From an uncultured Pseudomonadota bacterium (GTDB taxonomy: Bacteria > Oederibacteriota > Muellerivitia > Muellerivitales > Muellerivitaceae), in the NCBI GenBank assembly GCA_963843375.1, contig CAWJKT010000009.1:128001-192000 (forward strand): a stretch of 64,000 nt of DNA, written 5' to 3'. The notes under the pieces were generated by a model. It saw only the letters and a program-made list of their open reading frames with translations. It did not search any database and had not been told where the DNA came from. The translations under genes were made by a program, and so were the position numbers. Positions 17,386 through 27,126 of the stretch are shown piece after piece. The first letter of the stretch is position 1. Each line of letters starts with the position of its first letter.

Positions 17386-18356
17386 AAACAAAAAAGACCA
17401 AAGTCGATTGGACGGTTTCGCGCATGGTCGGGGTTTTTGCTGCCCTCAAGGAACCGATCAGTGTGGCCGAACTTAAAAAGCGATATGGCATAGGTATGCC
17501 CGAACTTCGCGAACTGGAATACAAAGTGTTAGGCAACGCGGAAGAAACCAGCGCCACAGGCAGTCTTCATTTCAGTTTGGAGTTTCAAACCGAAAACGGC
17601 CAAACCATGGTCAAACTCTTGACCCAACCCATTCTGGCTAAATCCGTTGGGGTATCCCTTGCCGAGGCGCACCTGGCCCAGCAAACTCTTTCCTTGGTCG
17701 AACTGCCTGAACCCCGGCAAAAGGCCTTAAAAGAAATTGTCCAGGCTCTGGGTGCGGCGGTTAAGAAGGGGAAGTATGCCCCGTCTTTGGACTTTTTATT
17801 GACCGCGCCTCATCTCCCATTTTCTGATAAGAACGCCAAACAGTTGGCCCAAGCCGTGCAAGATGAAATGGAAGTGCGATTTCTTTATGGCCGCAAACAA
17901 CAAGCTTGGCGCTATGTGCAGCCCTTTAGCCTGCGGCGGGACCAGGGCGAATGGCGTCTACTGACTTATGACCTAGAGCGTCAGGGGTTGAGGGTGTTTC
18001 TTCTGTCGAAGATCAAGCAGGTCAAGGTGGGCGAAAAGTTTGAATGGCCTCTTCGCTATACCAAAAGCCATATGAAGTCGATGGATTTGAGCCGTTACCG
18101 ACCCAACGGAACTGAAGTTGAAGTTCAAATTAAAATACGAAATCCGGCCTTTGAAAAGTTTCAAAGCCTTTTTCCTTATGTTCACATCGCACAGAAAGAC
18201 CGCGCTTGGAAGAAGTTGTCCATTTATAGCGCTGATCCCCAATGGGTGGCTCGTACCTTTTTATTTGGTTTGGGTGATGTCGAAATATTGGGGCCACCTG
18301 ATTTTAAACAAGCCTGGCTTGCGGAAATTAATGCGGTCAAAGCCCTCTACACCTAA
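17382..18356 (+). CDS. PafC-like WYL-WCX protein
   Basis: ATGA overlap with the preceding WYL gene; RYVQPF..WRLLTYDLERQGLRVFLLSKI; GDVEILGPPDF. Confidence 0.82.
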   Translation: MKTKKTKVDWTVSRMVGVFAALKEPISVAELKKRYGIGMPELRELEYKVLGNAEETSATGSLHFSLEFQTENGQTMVKLLTQPILAKSVGVSLAEAHLAQQTLSLVELPEPRQKALKEIVQALGAAVKKGKYAPSLDFLLTAPHLPFSDKNAKQLAQAVQDEMEVRFLYGRKQQAWRYVQPFSLRRDQGEWRLLTYDLERQGLRVFLLSKIKQVKVGEKFEWPLRYTKSHMKSMDLSRYRPNGTEVEVQIKIRNPAFEKFQSLFPYVHIAQKDRAWKKLSIYSADPQWVARTFLFGLGDVEILGPPDFKQAWLAEINAVKALYT

Positions 18357-18405
18357 ACCCTTTCGTTACCACCATTCCAGCCTTGTCTGTGCCAAACCTT
18401 ATCCT
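18355..18405 (+). promoter_or_regulatory. PafBC-type promoter motif copy 1
   Basis: AAACCCTTT at 18355; TGTCTG(18384)-tgccaaacct-TA-tcc-T. Confidence 0.75.
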
Positions 18406-18434
18406 TTCCTTTCATCAAAAAAAGGGAGGGTTTT

Positions 18435-18929
18435 ATGAATCTGACCAGCCAATTCGAGGAAATATTAGGAAAAAAAGACAACGATACGATGTTCAAGTGG
18501 ATCATGGAAAAGCTTTTGCTGAATCCCGATTCGATTGAGCTACGTGGAATGGCGGCCTTCGCCTTTTTGGTCCTCGATAAAACTTGGGTGGCCCGTGAAA
18601 TGGCTGAGACGGTTTTGAAAGAAAATCCTGACGAGACATGGTCCCTCGCCGCCCTGTTCGGTTCCTACCGGTACGACGATGTCACACGAAACGCCCGCTT
18701 CTTCGAGGATGAGTTTTTTAAACTGGGTCCCGAATGGATTCCCCGGTTCGCCAAAGCCTTCCATGACCAAACCGCCGAAAAGTTAATTTATTGCCTGACA
18801 CTTTACGGCACCCCTGCCCAAAAGTTTCTGTTGCTGGAAAATTACTTGGTTACGCCTGCTGATCCGCCCCTTGGGCAGTTGTCGCTTCCAATTGAGAATC
18901 TACCCAAAGAGCAAAAAAAGCGGAAATAG
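18435..18929 (+). CDS. Hypothetical protein (possibly helical-repeat)
   Basis: 164-aa ORF with RBS GGAGG downstream of motif copy 1. Confidence 0.65.
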   Translation: MNLTSQFEEILGKKDNDTMFKWIMEKLLLNPDSIELRGMAAFAFLVLDKTWVAREMAETVLKENPDETWSLAALFGSYRYDDVTRNARFFEDEFFKLGPEWIPRFAKAFHDQTAEKLIYCLTLYGTPAQKFLLLENYLVTPADPPLGQLSLPIENLPKEQKKRK

Positions 18930-18930
18930 A

Positions 18931-18981
18931 AAAGCCTTTAAAACAGCCATTTATAATCCTGTCCGTACCCGTTCCTATTGT
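18931..18981 (+). promoter_or_regulatory. PafBC-type promoter motif copy 2
   Basis: AAAGCCTTT at 18931; TGTCCG(18960)-tacccgttcc-TA-ttg-T. Confidence 0.78.
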
Positions 18982-19010
18982 AGGGGTGAAAGGGAAAGGA
19001 GGCGGTTTCA

Positions 19011-19256
19011 ATGGGAACACCATGGTTTACTTATGTGGTGGTTTGGGAGTATGACGAAGCCAAGAACACACAAACGGCCATCAAAGCTGAATTTGTTTCA
19101 GATCAAGAAGCGGAACAACTTGAAAAAGAATATCCCTATCCCCGTTACGGTGTAGATGTGTTGAATTCTTCCGACCGGGACGATTGGGGAATTCAGGTGG
19201 GGAGGGTTGAGGAGATGGGTTTCGACCCCTACATCAGTAATGATGCGTTCGATTAA
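19011..19256 (+). CDS. Small acidic hypothetical protein
   Basis: 81 aa, RBS AAGGAGG, D/E-rich. Confidence 0.7.
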   Translation: MGTPWFTYVVVWEYDEAKNTQTAIKAEFVSDQEAEQLEKEYPYPRYGVDVLNSSDRDDWGIQVGRVEEMGFDPYISNDAFD

Positions 19257-19351
19257 AAAGGAGAGGGAAACAAAGTCGTTTGGCGGATTTACCACTTGCC
19301 CCGGCCAAATTCTTGAAAAGGAATCAATAGGGACTAAAAAGGAAAATTAAT

Positions 19352-19843
19352 ATGAGTCACAATATACCGTTTGAAAATTTTGAAAATATTCATCAAGACA
19401 TACCCAGGGCTTTTAGTTTGCACAAGATGAAATTGATCACCTTCGCGTTTATACCAAAACGGTTTGAGGTGTTTGACCGACCGGAGTTGAATGACTTTCC
19501 CCGTAGTATTCTTTTTGCCAATACGGTTCAATTGGGGCGCTATGGCCAGTACCGTTTAAGCCTTTATGAGCCTGATTTATCAACCTATAAGAATTTAAAC
19601 GGCCAACAACAAATGCTTTATCGCAATGCCCACGGCGGAAACAGCCAGGTGAAGGTGCTTCGCCATGTGAAAGGCTATTATTCTGCGGCGAAAGTTTTTG
19701 ACGGGGTTGAAAACGAGTTTGCCTCGGGGGAGAGCTGGAAAAGCTTTTTCCTTTACTTGTCTTTGCTGGGCCGCCACCAGGATGAGGCGGGGGTAGAGGT
19801 GTTGGGTGGTGAGATATTGGATGCTTATCCGCCCAAACCATAG
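19352..19843 (+). CDS. Hypothetical protein
   Basis: 163-aa ORF with AAGGA RBS. Confidence 0.6.
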   Translation: MSHNIPFENFENIHQDIPRAFSLHKMKLITFAFIPKRFEVFDRPELNDFPRSILFANTVQLGRYGQYRLSLYEPDLSTYKNLNGQQQMLYRNAHGGNSQVKVLRHVKGYYSAAKVFDGVENEFASGESWKSFFLYLSLLGRHQDEAGVEVLGGEILDAYPPKP

Positions 19844-19872
19844 GCCGTTATTAAAAATAAGGAGGTGCAAAT

Positions 19873-20346
19873 ATGATCGAATTAGAAGAAGAGAAAACTA
19901 AAAAAATCCTCTACATCGATATGGACGGGGTATTAGTTGATTTTCATTTGGGCATTCAACGGCTGACCAAAGCCGAAGCTCAAGAATACGCCGGTCGGCC
20001 CGAAGATGTTCCGGGCATTTTCGCCCGTATGGACCCCATGCCTGGGGCAGTCGAAGCCTTTGATGTTCTGGCGGATCATTTCGACACCTATATTCTTTCG
20101 ACTTCCCCCTGGGAAAACCCCACAGCCGCCAGTGATAAAGTGAAGTGGGTCAAAAGCTACTTGGGTCCCAAAGCCAAAAAACGACTCATTCTGAGTCACC
20201 ATAAAAACCTCAACCGAGGGCACATCATCATTGATGACCGGTTAAAGCATGGGGTGGATGACTTTCAAGGCGAACATATCCACTTTGGTCAGGGCCAATT
20301 TAAAACCTGGAAAGCGGTATTGAAGTACCTTCTGCCCAAAGCCTGA
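19873..20346 (+). CDS. HAD-superfamily 5'(3')-deoxyribonucleotidase (NT5C-like)
   Basis: YIDMDGVLVDF motif I, ILSTSPW, K, IIIDDR. Confidence 0.85.
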   Translation: MIELEEEKTKKILYIDMDGVLVDFHLGIQRLTKAEAQEYAGRPEDVPGIFARMDPMPGAVEAFDVLADHFDTYILSTSPWENPTAASDKVKWVKSYLGPKAKKRLILSHHKNLNRGHIIIDDRLKHGVDDFQGEHIHFGQGQFKTWKAVLKYLLPKA

Positions 20347-20396
20347 AACCCTTTAAAAGGGCTATTTTGGGCTTTGTCTGTACCCTCTTTTAAGAT
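20346..20396 (+). promoter_or_regulatory. PafBC-type promoter motif copy 3
   Basis: AAACCCTTT at 20346; TGTCTG(20375)-taccctcttt-TA-aga-T. Confidence 0.78.
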
Positions 20397-20430
20397 TTTA
20401 CCCGTTGGTAAATCGAAAAAGGAGGGAGCC

Positions 20431-20514
20431 ATGCATCATGGGATCCTGACAGTTGTATTCATAATGGGGTTTGTTTTGTTCGCCTGTTGTTTGATCGCGG
20501 ATAAAAAAGAATGA
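20431..20514 (+). CDS. 27-aa single-TM peptide (paralogue 1)
   Basis: MHHGILTVVFIMGFVLFACCLIADKKE; RBS AAGGAGG; ATGA overlap with the next gene; paralogue at 34126. Confidence 0.8.
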   Translation: MHHGILTVVFIMGFVLFACCLIADKKE

Positions 20515-20852
20515 AAAAGTCGAACAAAGCGAAGGATCTTCAACGGCTTTTGGATTCCCTCGGGCCTGGGCCAAAGCCACTTCAAGACTATGTAGAAAGA
20601 CGGATTCGGGGCCAGGTTTGCCCCCGGTGCGGGTCAACTCAATTAGCTTATATCCTGCGAGGTTTGCAGGCAATGAACCCCCTTCTCGAAATGTTGATGT
20701 TGGTGGAAAAAGTGGTCTTCGGAGGTTGCATGGTAGGCTCCGGGGACAAAGAGTTATACTGCAACCAATGCGAGATGGAATTTGACCGCCAAAAGTTAAA
20801 TGTCCGAAAATCTATTGAAAAACGAGGGAAACATCTAATTGACTGGGCGTGA
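20511..20852 (+). CDS. Hypothetical Zn-ribbon protein
   Basis: CPRCGS..ILRGL..GGC..YCNQC pattern. Confidence 0.65.
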   Translation: MKKSNKAKDLQRLLDSLGPGPKPLQDYVERRIRGQVCPRCGSTQLAYILRGLQAMNPLLEMLMLVEKVVFGGCMVGSGDKELYCNQCEMEFDRQKLNVRKSIEKRGKHLIDWA

Positions 20853-20984
20853 ATAGAATTTGCTGATATCAAAGGAATTGAGGAATTTGGGTGTAGGGTC
20901 AGGTTAGAATTGGGCAGGTTTAATTAAACAGAAATATTCACTTTATCATTTAGAAACTTATGTTAATAAAGGTCAGGTTAAATA

Positions 20985-23900
20985 GTGAGACATGTTTTTA
21001 TTTCCGATTTGGTTAAAGAGTTACTCGGACCAAGAAATGGCGCAACAGAAAAATTTAAAACTAATATTGATGATCCCCGTAGTGAGTACACCACCGGCCA
21101 GTTGGAGCCCCCAAAAGCAAGTTTGAATGAAAAAGATATAGATAATGAGGACGGATTAGGTGAAGGCACCGCATCGGCAGAGGAAGATAACGAGGATCAA
21201 GTAGCGGGACTTTTAAATCAGGCTTTCATTGGTTCGGGTGAAAATTTCAGAAGAGTACCTTCTTCAATGGGTATTTCATTTGCGATGAATGAAATGCCAC
21301 AAGATGGCGATTTTGATGTGTGTGTAACTTGGGCCAGATACGTAAAAAACGAAGAAGAATGGGTTAGAAATCCTAGTTTTTGGATCGTGAAATTCAAAAC
21401 CGCTTCTTTACAAGAGGGTGTTGTTTCAGAAGATAAAACTTTATCTCTGTCTTACTACATTACGAAACTAGCCACCGGTGAATCCAAAATTTCTATTTAT
21501 TTAAGTTCGTTAATAAAAAAAGAAGACGCGGAGTTTACTCAAACAGAGGAAATAATTTTTCAGCCCGAAATCAGAGTTGTTCTTAAAAACAAAAATTCTC
21601 TTATCGAATTGGGCGATTTGAGTTTTTTTACCGATGATCCTGAATGGCGTATTTCAACTAGGCAATATGATCGTTTTAAAATTTTTGCCCGCGGTCACCT
21701 TTGCGGGGCCTACTGGAAAGACATAGACCCTCAGCGTCCTTATGAAGAGAAAATAAAACTAAACCCAGATTTACCTTTTAAGTGGATCGATGGCCTTCAT
21801 TTTTTAAGTACCAACCCTCAATTAGGACCATTTATTTATTCAGACTTACGAACGGATTTCATCCCCTTATATTCCTCGCCAGAAGCGGATAGTGGTTTGA
21901 AATTAGAACTTTATGCGGACTTAATCGCGAGCTGTGAAAATTTTGAGGCGTTAAAAAATATTCTCGAACCAATAATTATCGAATATGAAAATTGGGTCAA
22001 TCAAATTAAGGATGATGCGGCCACTAAAGAAATTGACGGCGAAATAATCAGAAGACATAAAGAGGCGATTGATAGAGTTAAGAAAGGTTTGCTTTTTATT
22101 AACAAAGACAAAGATGCCTTTTTGTCATTTTTATTTATGAATAAAGTGATGGCGAAACAATATTCATGGGGACGACAAGAAGATAAAAAAATGCGTTGGA
22201 GGCCATTCCAGCTTGTTTTTATTTTGTTGGCGCTAGAATCGACAGTTAATAAGGATTCTTCAGAACGTGAAATATGTGACACTATTTGGTTTCCTACAGG
22301 TGGCGGAAAAACAGAAGCTTATTTGGGGTTGGCCGCGTTTGCTTTGGCTTATCGACGCCGTACATCAGATACAGAATCAGATGGTTCAAAATCAGGTGAG
22401 GGTACTTGTGTTATTAGTCGCTACACTTTGCGTCTGTTAACAATTCAACAATTTAGACGCGCCTCAAAAATGATCATGGCTTGCGAAATTTTGCGTTGTG
22501 AGACTTCGAAAAGCGATTTTATTGGTTGGATGCCAAAAAGCTATGCAAATCAAACCGGTTTTGTTTGGGGCAGAACGCCATTTTCTATAGGTCTTTGGGT
22601 TGGAGGTGGTGTCACACCTAATGGGATGGAAGGTGCTGGCTTTAAGGACATACCACCGGGAGCAATTCATTTGTTGAACAAACCAGCACAAGATGATGGT
22701 CCGGATCCAGCCCAAATTATAAATTGTCCATGTTGTAATAGTGTTTTGTCGTTCCCATCAGACGGTATTTCCAGTGGTTCGTTAACATTAAAATTAATTA
22801 CAAATAAGAAGCCAATAGGTGTTGATCTTGAGAATTCAATTTCTAACGATAATTTCAAGGTCAGCAAAATAAGCTTTACACCTCATATTTCAAATGTATG
22901 TGGTTATTTAAAAATTGATATGGTTTTGACTTCCCCCGCAAAAGCCCTTGATATACATGAATGGTGGGTAAATGTAGCCGGTCCTACTTTGGGCGTTCAA
23001 CTATTATCATTTAATGCCTCTCGGCCTGGTTATTTTGGTATCCAAGGTGGATTACACGGAAAAATCACTGATTATGAAATTCGTTGTCCGGATCAGACAT
23101 GTGAGATTAACGCTGAATTTTATAAATTCAAACAACCTGGTACGGGTAGGGATTGGGAATATTCTTTAACACATCCAAGTTTTTCGTTACCGAGAGATCC
23201 CCATACTTCCAAAGGTTTGTGTATATCAGCTGAGACAGTTGACGAAAAACTTTATTCGTATCCACCATCGCTGCTCATTTCAACAGTTGATAAATTGGCT
23301 GGAATGGCATTTACGAATGAATCCGCGGCTTTATTTGGGCGTGTGCGAACGTTTTCATCGAAAAATGGCTTCTCTCAAGAAAACTCATCAAAAATAAAAG
23401 TTCTTCAATTTCAAACACCTTGGCTGATTATTCAAGATGAATTACATCTATTAGATGGACCGCTTGGCTCATCATTTGGTTTGTTTGAAACGGCGATTGA
23501 AGCTCTTTGTGATAAACCGAAATATATTGCCTCTTCGGCCACAATTAGAAACTCACTTGAACAAGTTAATTGTCTGATGGGGAGAAAAAGTAAAGTTTTT
23601 CCACCGGTTAATGTTGACGTAGGCGATGGCTTTTTTTTGAAGTTAAAAGAAGAGCATCCGCTAAAGGAAGACAAGCCAGGCCGTTTATTTATGGGTCTCG
23701 CGTTTCCTGGTAGAGCGCCTCAACGGCCTACAGCCCGTGTTTGGGGAAGACTTTTACAAACGGCACAAGATCAATTGAAAATAGTTGAGGAAATATCAGA
23801 TGAAAAGGTAAAAGCGGACACGCTTAGCGTTCTGGATAATTATTGGACTTTGATTGGTTATTTTAATGCTGTTCGTGAATTGGCGCAGGCAGAAACTCTT

Positions 23901-24761
23901 TACCGACAAGACATGCCAAATTATTTAGATAGATTAATGCGACAAAATCCAAATTCGATCAAGCGTGATTTAGATTCATCAAAGTTTAGAAATCTTTCAA
24001 GTCAAACGCGATCAAGTGATTTGCCTGGGTATTTATCAAAAATGGAACTCACAATTAACCATGTCGATTCATTAACAGCGGTCGCTTCAACTTCTATGTT
24101 TGGGACAGGGGTTGATATATCTAGACTTTCTTTAATGGTCGTTCACGGCCAACCAAAGTCAGCGTCACAATATATTCAAGCTGTGGGTCGCATAGGACGT
24201 GAAAGAGCGGGACTTGCTGTTGTTTTTTTCAGGGTTTCAAAACCAAGGGATTTGAATCACTATGAATATTTCACTGGTTATCATAGAAAATTGGCCGTAG
24301 CGGTTGAACCCATCACAGTAAAACCCCTTGCCCCTAAAGCATTAGATAGGACAATTGGACCCTTATTAGCGGTTTTACTTAGAAACTGGAATTTATCAAA
24401 ACCAGAAGTGCCGAAAGACATCGATTTAGATGTGAATGGCGGTCTTGTTACGATGTTAAATTCCGAAATATTAAATAAATTTCAAGAGATATTTAATCGC
24501 AAATGGGATCAGCAAACACCAGAACGACGACCATATCCGGACAAAAAACAATTTTTGAATTTCATTATTTCTCAAATTCAACGTTGGCAGGAATTCGCAA
24601 GGCGTCAGACTGAAAAAGGGAATGTTCTTAAATACAAGCCGGACAATAAAGCTGAGATTGTGGTTTTAGGTAGCGATAATTCAAACAGTGCGGTGTTTAC
24701 GAATGTGCCGCGATCACTTAGGGAAGTTGAGCCAATGATAAATCTCTCGGTTAGTAAATAA
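20985..24761 (+). CDS. drmA: DISARM helicase DrmA
   Basis: WRPFQL, WFPTGGGKTEAYLG, RYTLRLLTIQQF, IIQDELHL, SSAT, GVDISRL, YIQAVGRIGR; followed by DUF1998 and PLD genes. Confidence 0.92.
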   Translation: MRHVFISDLVKELLGPRNGATEKFKTNIDDPRSEYTTGQLEPPKASLNEKDIDNEDGLGEGTASAEEDNEDQVAGLLNQAFIGSGENFRRVPSSMGISFAMNEMPQDGDFDVCVTWARYVKNEEEWVRNPSFWIVKFKTASLQEGVVSEDKTLSLSYYITKLATGESKISIYLSSLIKKEDAEFTQTEEIIFQPEIRVVLKNKNSLIELGDLSFFTDDPEWRISTRQYDRFKIFARGHLCGAYWKDIDPQRPYEEKIKLNPDLPFKWIDGLHFLSTNPQLGPFIYSDLRTDFIPLYSSPEADSGLKLELYADLIASCENFEALKNILEPIIIEYENWVNQIKDDAATKEIDGEIIRRHKEAIDRVKKGLLFINKDKDAFLSFLFMNKVMAKQYSWGRQEDKKMRWRPFQLVFILLALESTVNKDSSEREICDTIWFPTGGGKTEAYLGLAAFALAYRRRTSDTESDGSKSGEGTCVISRYTLRLLTIQQFRRASKMIMACEILRCETSKSDFIGWMPKSYANQTGFVWGRTPFSIGLWVGGGVTPNGMEGAGFKDIPPGAIHLLNKPAQDDGPDPAQIINCPCCNSVLSFPSDGISSGSLTLKLITNKKPIGVDLENSISNDNFKVSKISFTPHISNVCGYLKIDMVLTSPAKALDIHEWWVNVAGPTLGVQLLSFNASRPGYFGIQGGLHGKITDYEIRCPDQTCEINAEFYKFKQPGTGRDWEYSLTHPSFSLPRDPHTSKGLCISAETVDEKLYSYPPSLLISTVDKLAGMAFTNESAALFGRVRTFSSKNGFSQENSSKIKVLQFQTPWLIIQDELHLLDGPLGSSFGLFETAIEALCDKPKYIASSATIRNSLEQVNCLMGRKSKVFPPVNVDVGDGFFLKLKEEHPLKEDKPGRLFMGLAFPGRAPQRPTARVWGRLLQTAQDQLKIVEEISDEKVKADTLSVLDNYWTLIGYFNAVRELAQAETLYRQDMPNYLDRLMRQNPNSIKRDLDSSKFRNLSSQTRSSDLPGYLSKMELTINHVDSLTAVASTSMFGTGVDISRLSLMVVHGQPKSASQYIQAVGRIGRERAGLAVVFFRVSKPRDLNHYEYFTGYHRKLAVAVEPITVKPLAPKALDRTIGPLLAVLLRNWNLSKPEVPKDIDLDVNGGLVTMLNSEILNKFQEIFNRKWDQQTPERRPYPDKKQFLNFIISQIQRWQEFARRQTEKGNVLKYKPDNKAEIVVLGSDNSNSAVFTNVPRSLREVEPMINLSVSK

Positions 24762-24763
24762 TT

Positions 24764-26578
24764 ATGAGTCAAGGCATTAGACCATCGCAATTTATTACGA
24801 CATTTGGCCCTGGTGCGATTATTGAGACCCCTTTAGGGCCACACGTTTTGTGTAGTACGGATGACGTTCTTAAAAGGATTAAAGATTCTGGAATTAAAAT
24901 GGAGGATTTGGCGATAAGGGATATTCGTCTTCAATGGGGACTTTTAAAGGGGAAGAGAATATTTAAGCTTCCTGATAGTCAAAATAATGATTGGAAAAAT
25001 TTCAGCTATCCGACAAGAAAATTCCCTTCTTGGAACCTTTGTGTGAAACACCATGTAATTCATAAGGCGTTAGATGGTTGTCCAAGATGTGTGAATAAAG
25101 ATAAACCAGAATCAAAGTTAAATAAATACGCTATCAGATTTTTAAGAGCTTGCCCGGAAGGGCATATGGATGATGTTGATTGGTGGTGGCGGGTGCATCA
25201 ACGAAGCAATCATTCTGGGGGAGTACGATGTACTAGTCAGTTTTTTAATTGGTCAGGGGCAGCTTCGTCCTTAAGTTCGATAATTATTAGTTGCGGCGGC
25301 AAAGGTTGTAATGCAAGTTGTTCGTTGGGTGATATCTACTCCTCAGAATCCGATTGTAAAGGTAACAGACCAGAACAACTTCGCAATAAAAGTGAAAAAA
25401 CTTGTGATAAAAGAATGCAAGTTTTTCAGAGAGGTTCGTTTGGTTTAAGGTTACCTGAGGTAGTGGCATCAATGACTATTCCGCCTCTTGTAAGCGAAGT
25501 TCACAAAAATCTGCAAAGAGAAGATGTGAGAAGAATGGTAGATTTGTTGAAATACAACAACATCTTAAACGAAGAAAATTTTTGGAAGAATTTAAAGAGA
25601 GATATTGAAGAAAAACGTATTCCGGAATTTATACAAGAGCAATTGAGATCATGTACTTGGGTAGAATTAGAAGAATCAATTACCCAAATCGAAAAGGCTA
25701 AAGTAGCGACAACGTTAACTGAATATCTTTGCCAGGAACATAAATCTTTAATTGATGTTGTCGATACTGGTTTCCCCCCTTATCCATATGACAATGAAAG
25801 AAGACCAGGGGAACCAATCAACTTTCAGGTTGAGGCAACAGCTATAAGGAGAAATGTATTAAGCCCATCCAAGAAGTTTACTTTTCGTGTTATGCCACTG
25901 GAGAGACTTAGGGTTGTATTGGTTCAAAGAGGTTATCGTCGAGTTGAATATAAGGCACCTGATTCTATTTTGACTTACAACGATGGAACATTTGATTTAA
26001 GTCCCCAAGATGTTTGGCTGCCTGGTGTTGAGCAATTTGGGGAAGGCATTTACATTGATCTAGACCCAAATTTACAAGGGCAAGAAAATTGGTATCCGAG
26101 CGGTGAGGCTGCCGTTAAGTGGGATAGTACAATCCCATCAAGTGCTGGGGTAAATGAACTTGTTTTATGGAACGCACTTTCCGTGTGGTGGCATTCTTTA
26201 TCTCATCGTTTAATAAACGCACTGGTAATACATTCTGGCTATAACTCATCTTCAATTAGGGAACGGTTATATTTAACTAAAACCCCAAAAGGCGAGCTTA
26301 GAGGGGGTGTTTTACTTTATACAACCCAACCTGGGGGTGATGGAACAATGGGCGGTTTAACTTCCCTTGTTCCCGAATTTGAAGATATTTTGAAAATCGC
26401 ATTGAATAATATAGACAGGTGTAGCAATGACCCGCTCTGTGAACACGCCGAAATTGACAAAATTTCAAAACTTGGCTCAGCTTGTTATTCATGCGAGATG
26501 GTTTCTGAAACGTCTTGCGAACATTTTAACGGTTATTTGCATAGAGGACTTTTACTTGAAAAGGCAAACAGGCCCTGA
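24764..26578 (+). CDS. drmB: DISARM DrmB (DUF1998 domain)
   Basis: IRPSQFITTFGPGAI, ACPEGHMDD, HSLSHRLI, GTMGGL, CSNDPLC..ACYSC..SETSCE. Confidence 0.92.
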   Translation: MSQGIRPSQFITTFGPGAIIETPLGPHVLCSTDDVLKRIKDSGIKMEDLAIRDIRLQWGLLKGKRIFKLPDSQNNDWKNFSYPTRKFPSWNLCVKHHVIHKALDGCPRCVNKDKPESKLNKYAIRFLRACPEGHMDDVDWWWRVHQRSNHSGGVRCTSQFFNWSGAASSLSSIIISCGGKGCNASCSLGDIYSSESDCKGNRPEQLRNKSEKTCDKRMQVFQRGSFGLRLPEVVASMTIPPLVSEVHKNLQREDVRRMVDLLKYNNILNEENFWKNLKRDIEEKRIPEFIQEQLRSCTWVELEESITQIEKAKVATTLTEYLCQEHKSLIDVVDTGFPPYPYDNERRPGEPINFQVEATAIRRNVLSPSKKFTFRVMPLERLRVVLVQRGYRRVEYKAPDSILTYNDGTFDLSPQDVWLPGVEQFGEGIYIDLDPNLQGQENWYPSGEAAVKWDSTIPSSAGVNELVLWNALSVWWHSLSHRLINALVIHSGYNSSSIRERLYLTKTPKGELRGGVLLYTTQPGGDGTMGGLTSLVPEFEDILKIALNNIDRCSNDPLCEHAEIDKISKLGSACYSCEMVSETSCEHFNGYLHRGLLLEKANRP

Positions 26579-27126
26579 TGGAAAGAAATTACGATGAAAT
26601 GCCGCAAATATTAGTAACCGGGCGATATTGGTTGGGTGTGGCAGGTGCGCGTTTAATTGGCGCTGAAGTCATTGATATGATTAATTCGGCAAAAAGGGAA
26701 ATCATAATTGTTGCGTATCGCTTAACAATCTCTGTTAACGAAATTAATCAAGCGCTCGAGAAAGCATTGGAACGTGGTTGTAATGTGCGAATTATTCGTA
26801 ATGGTGCCGATCAGATAGTCCGATCCGAGGAAAATTATTTAGAAAATCTTTTAACGAAATACACAACGTTATCAGTTTGGGATTTTAAAGAGACTGATGC
26901 GCAAATGTTTGGTATTGCACTTCACGCAAAAATGATAATTGTTGATAGGAAGGTTGCGGTAGTGGGATCAGCTAACTTTTCTAGAAACGGAATGATAGAA
27001 AATCATGAAATTGCCGTGCGATTATCGGGACCTGAAGTTAAGTCATTAGGTATGGCTTGTGAAGAGTTGTTAAAGAACGGTCGTAGTGATGGTGTTGTGA
27101 CTCAATGGAAGAAAAAAGATGTCTAG
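26578..27126 (+). CDS. drmC: DISARM phospholipase D-family nuclease DrmC
   Basis: LHAKMIIVD..VGSANFS..NHE HKD motif; position after drmB. Confidence 0.88.
   Translation: MERNYDEMPQILVTGRYWLGVAGARLIGAEVIDMINSAKREIIIVAYRLTISVNEINQALEKALERGCNVRIIRNGADQIVRSEENYLENLLTKYTTLSVWDFKETDAQMFGIALHAKMIIVDRKVAVVGSANFSRNGMIENHEIAVRLSGPEVKSLGMACEELLKNGRSDGVVTQWKKKDV

Noticed and set aside
18356..20900. Integron cassette array
   Set aside because: Small co-oriented genes, but no RYYYAAC/GTTRRRY attC pairs and no tyrosine integrase seen.
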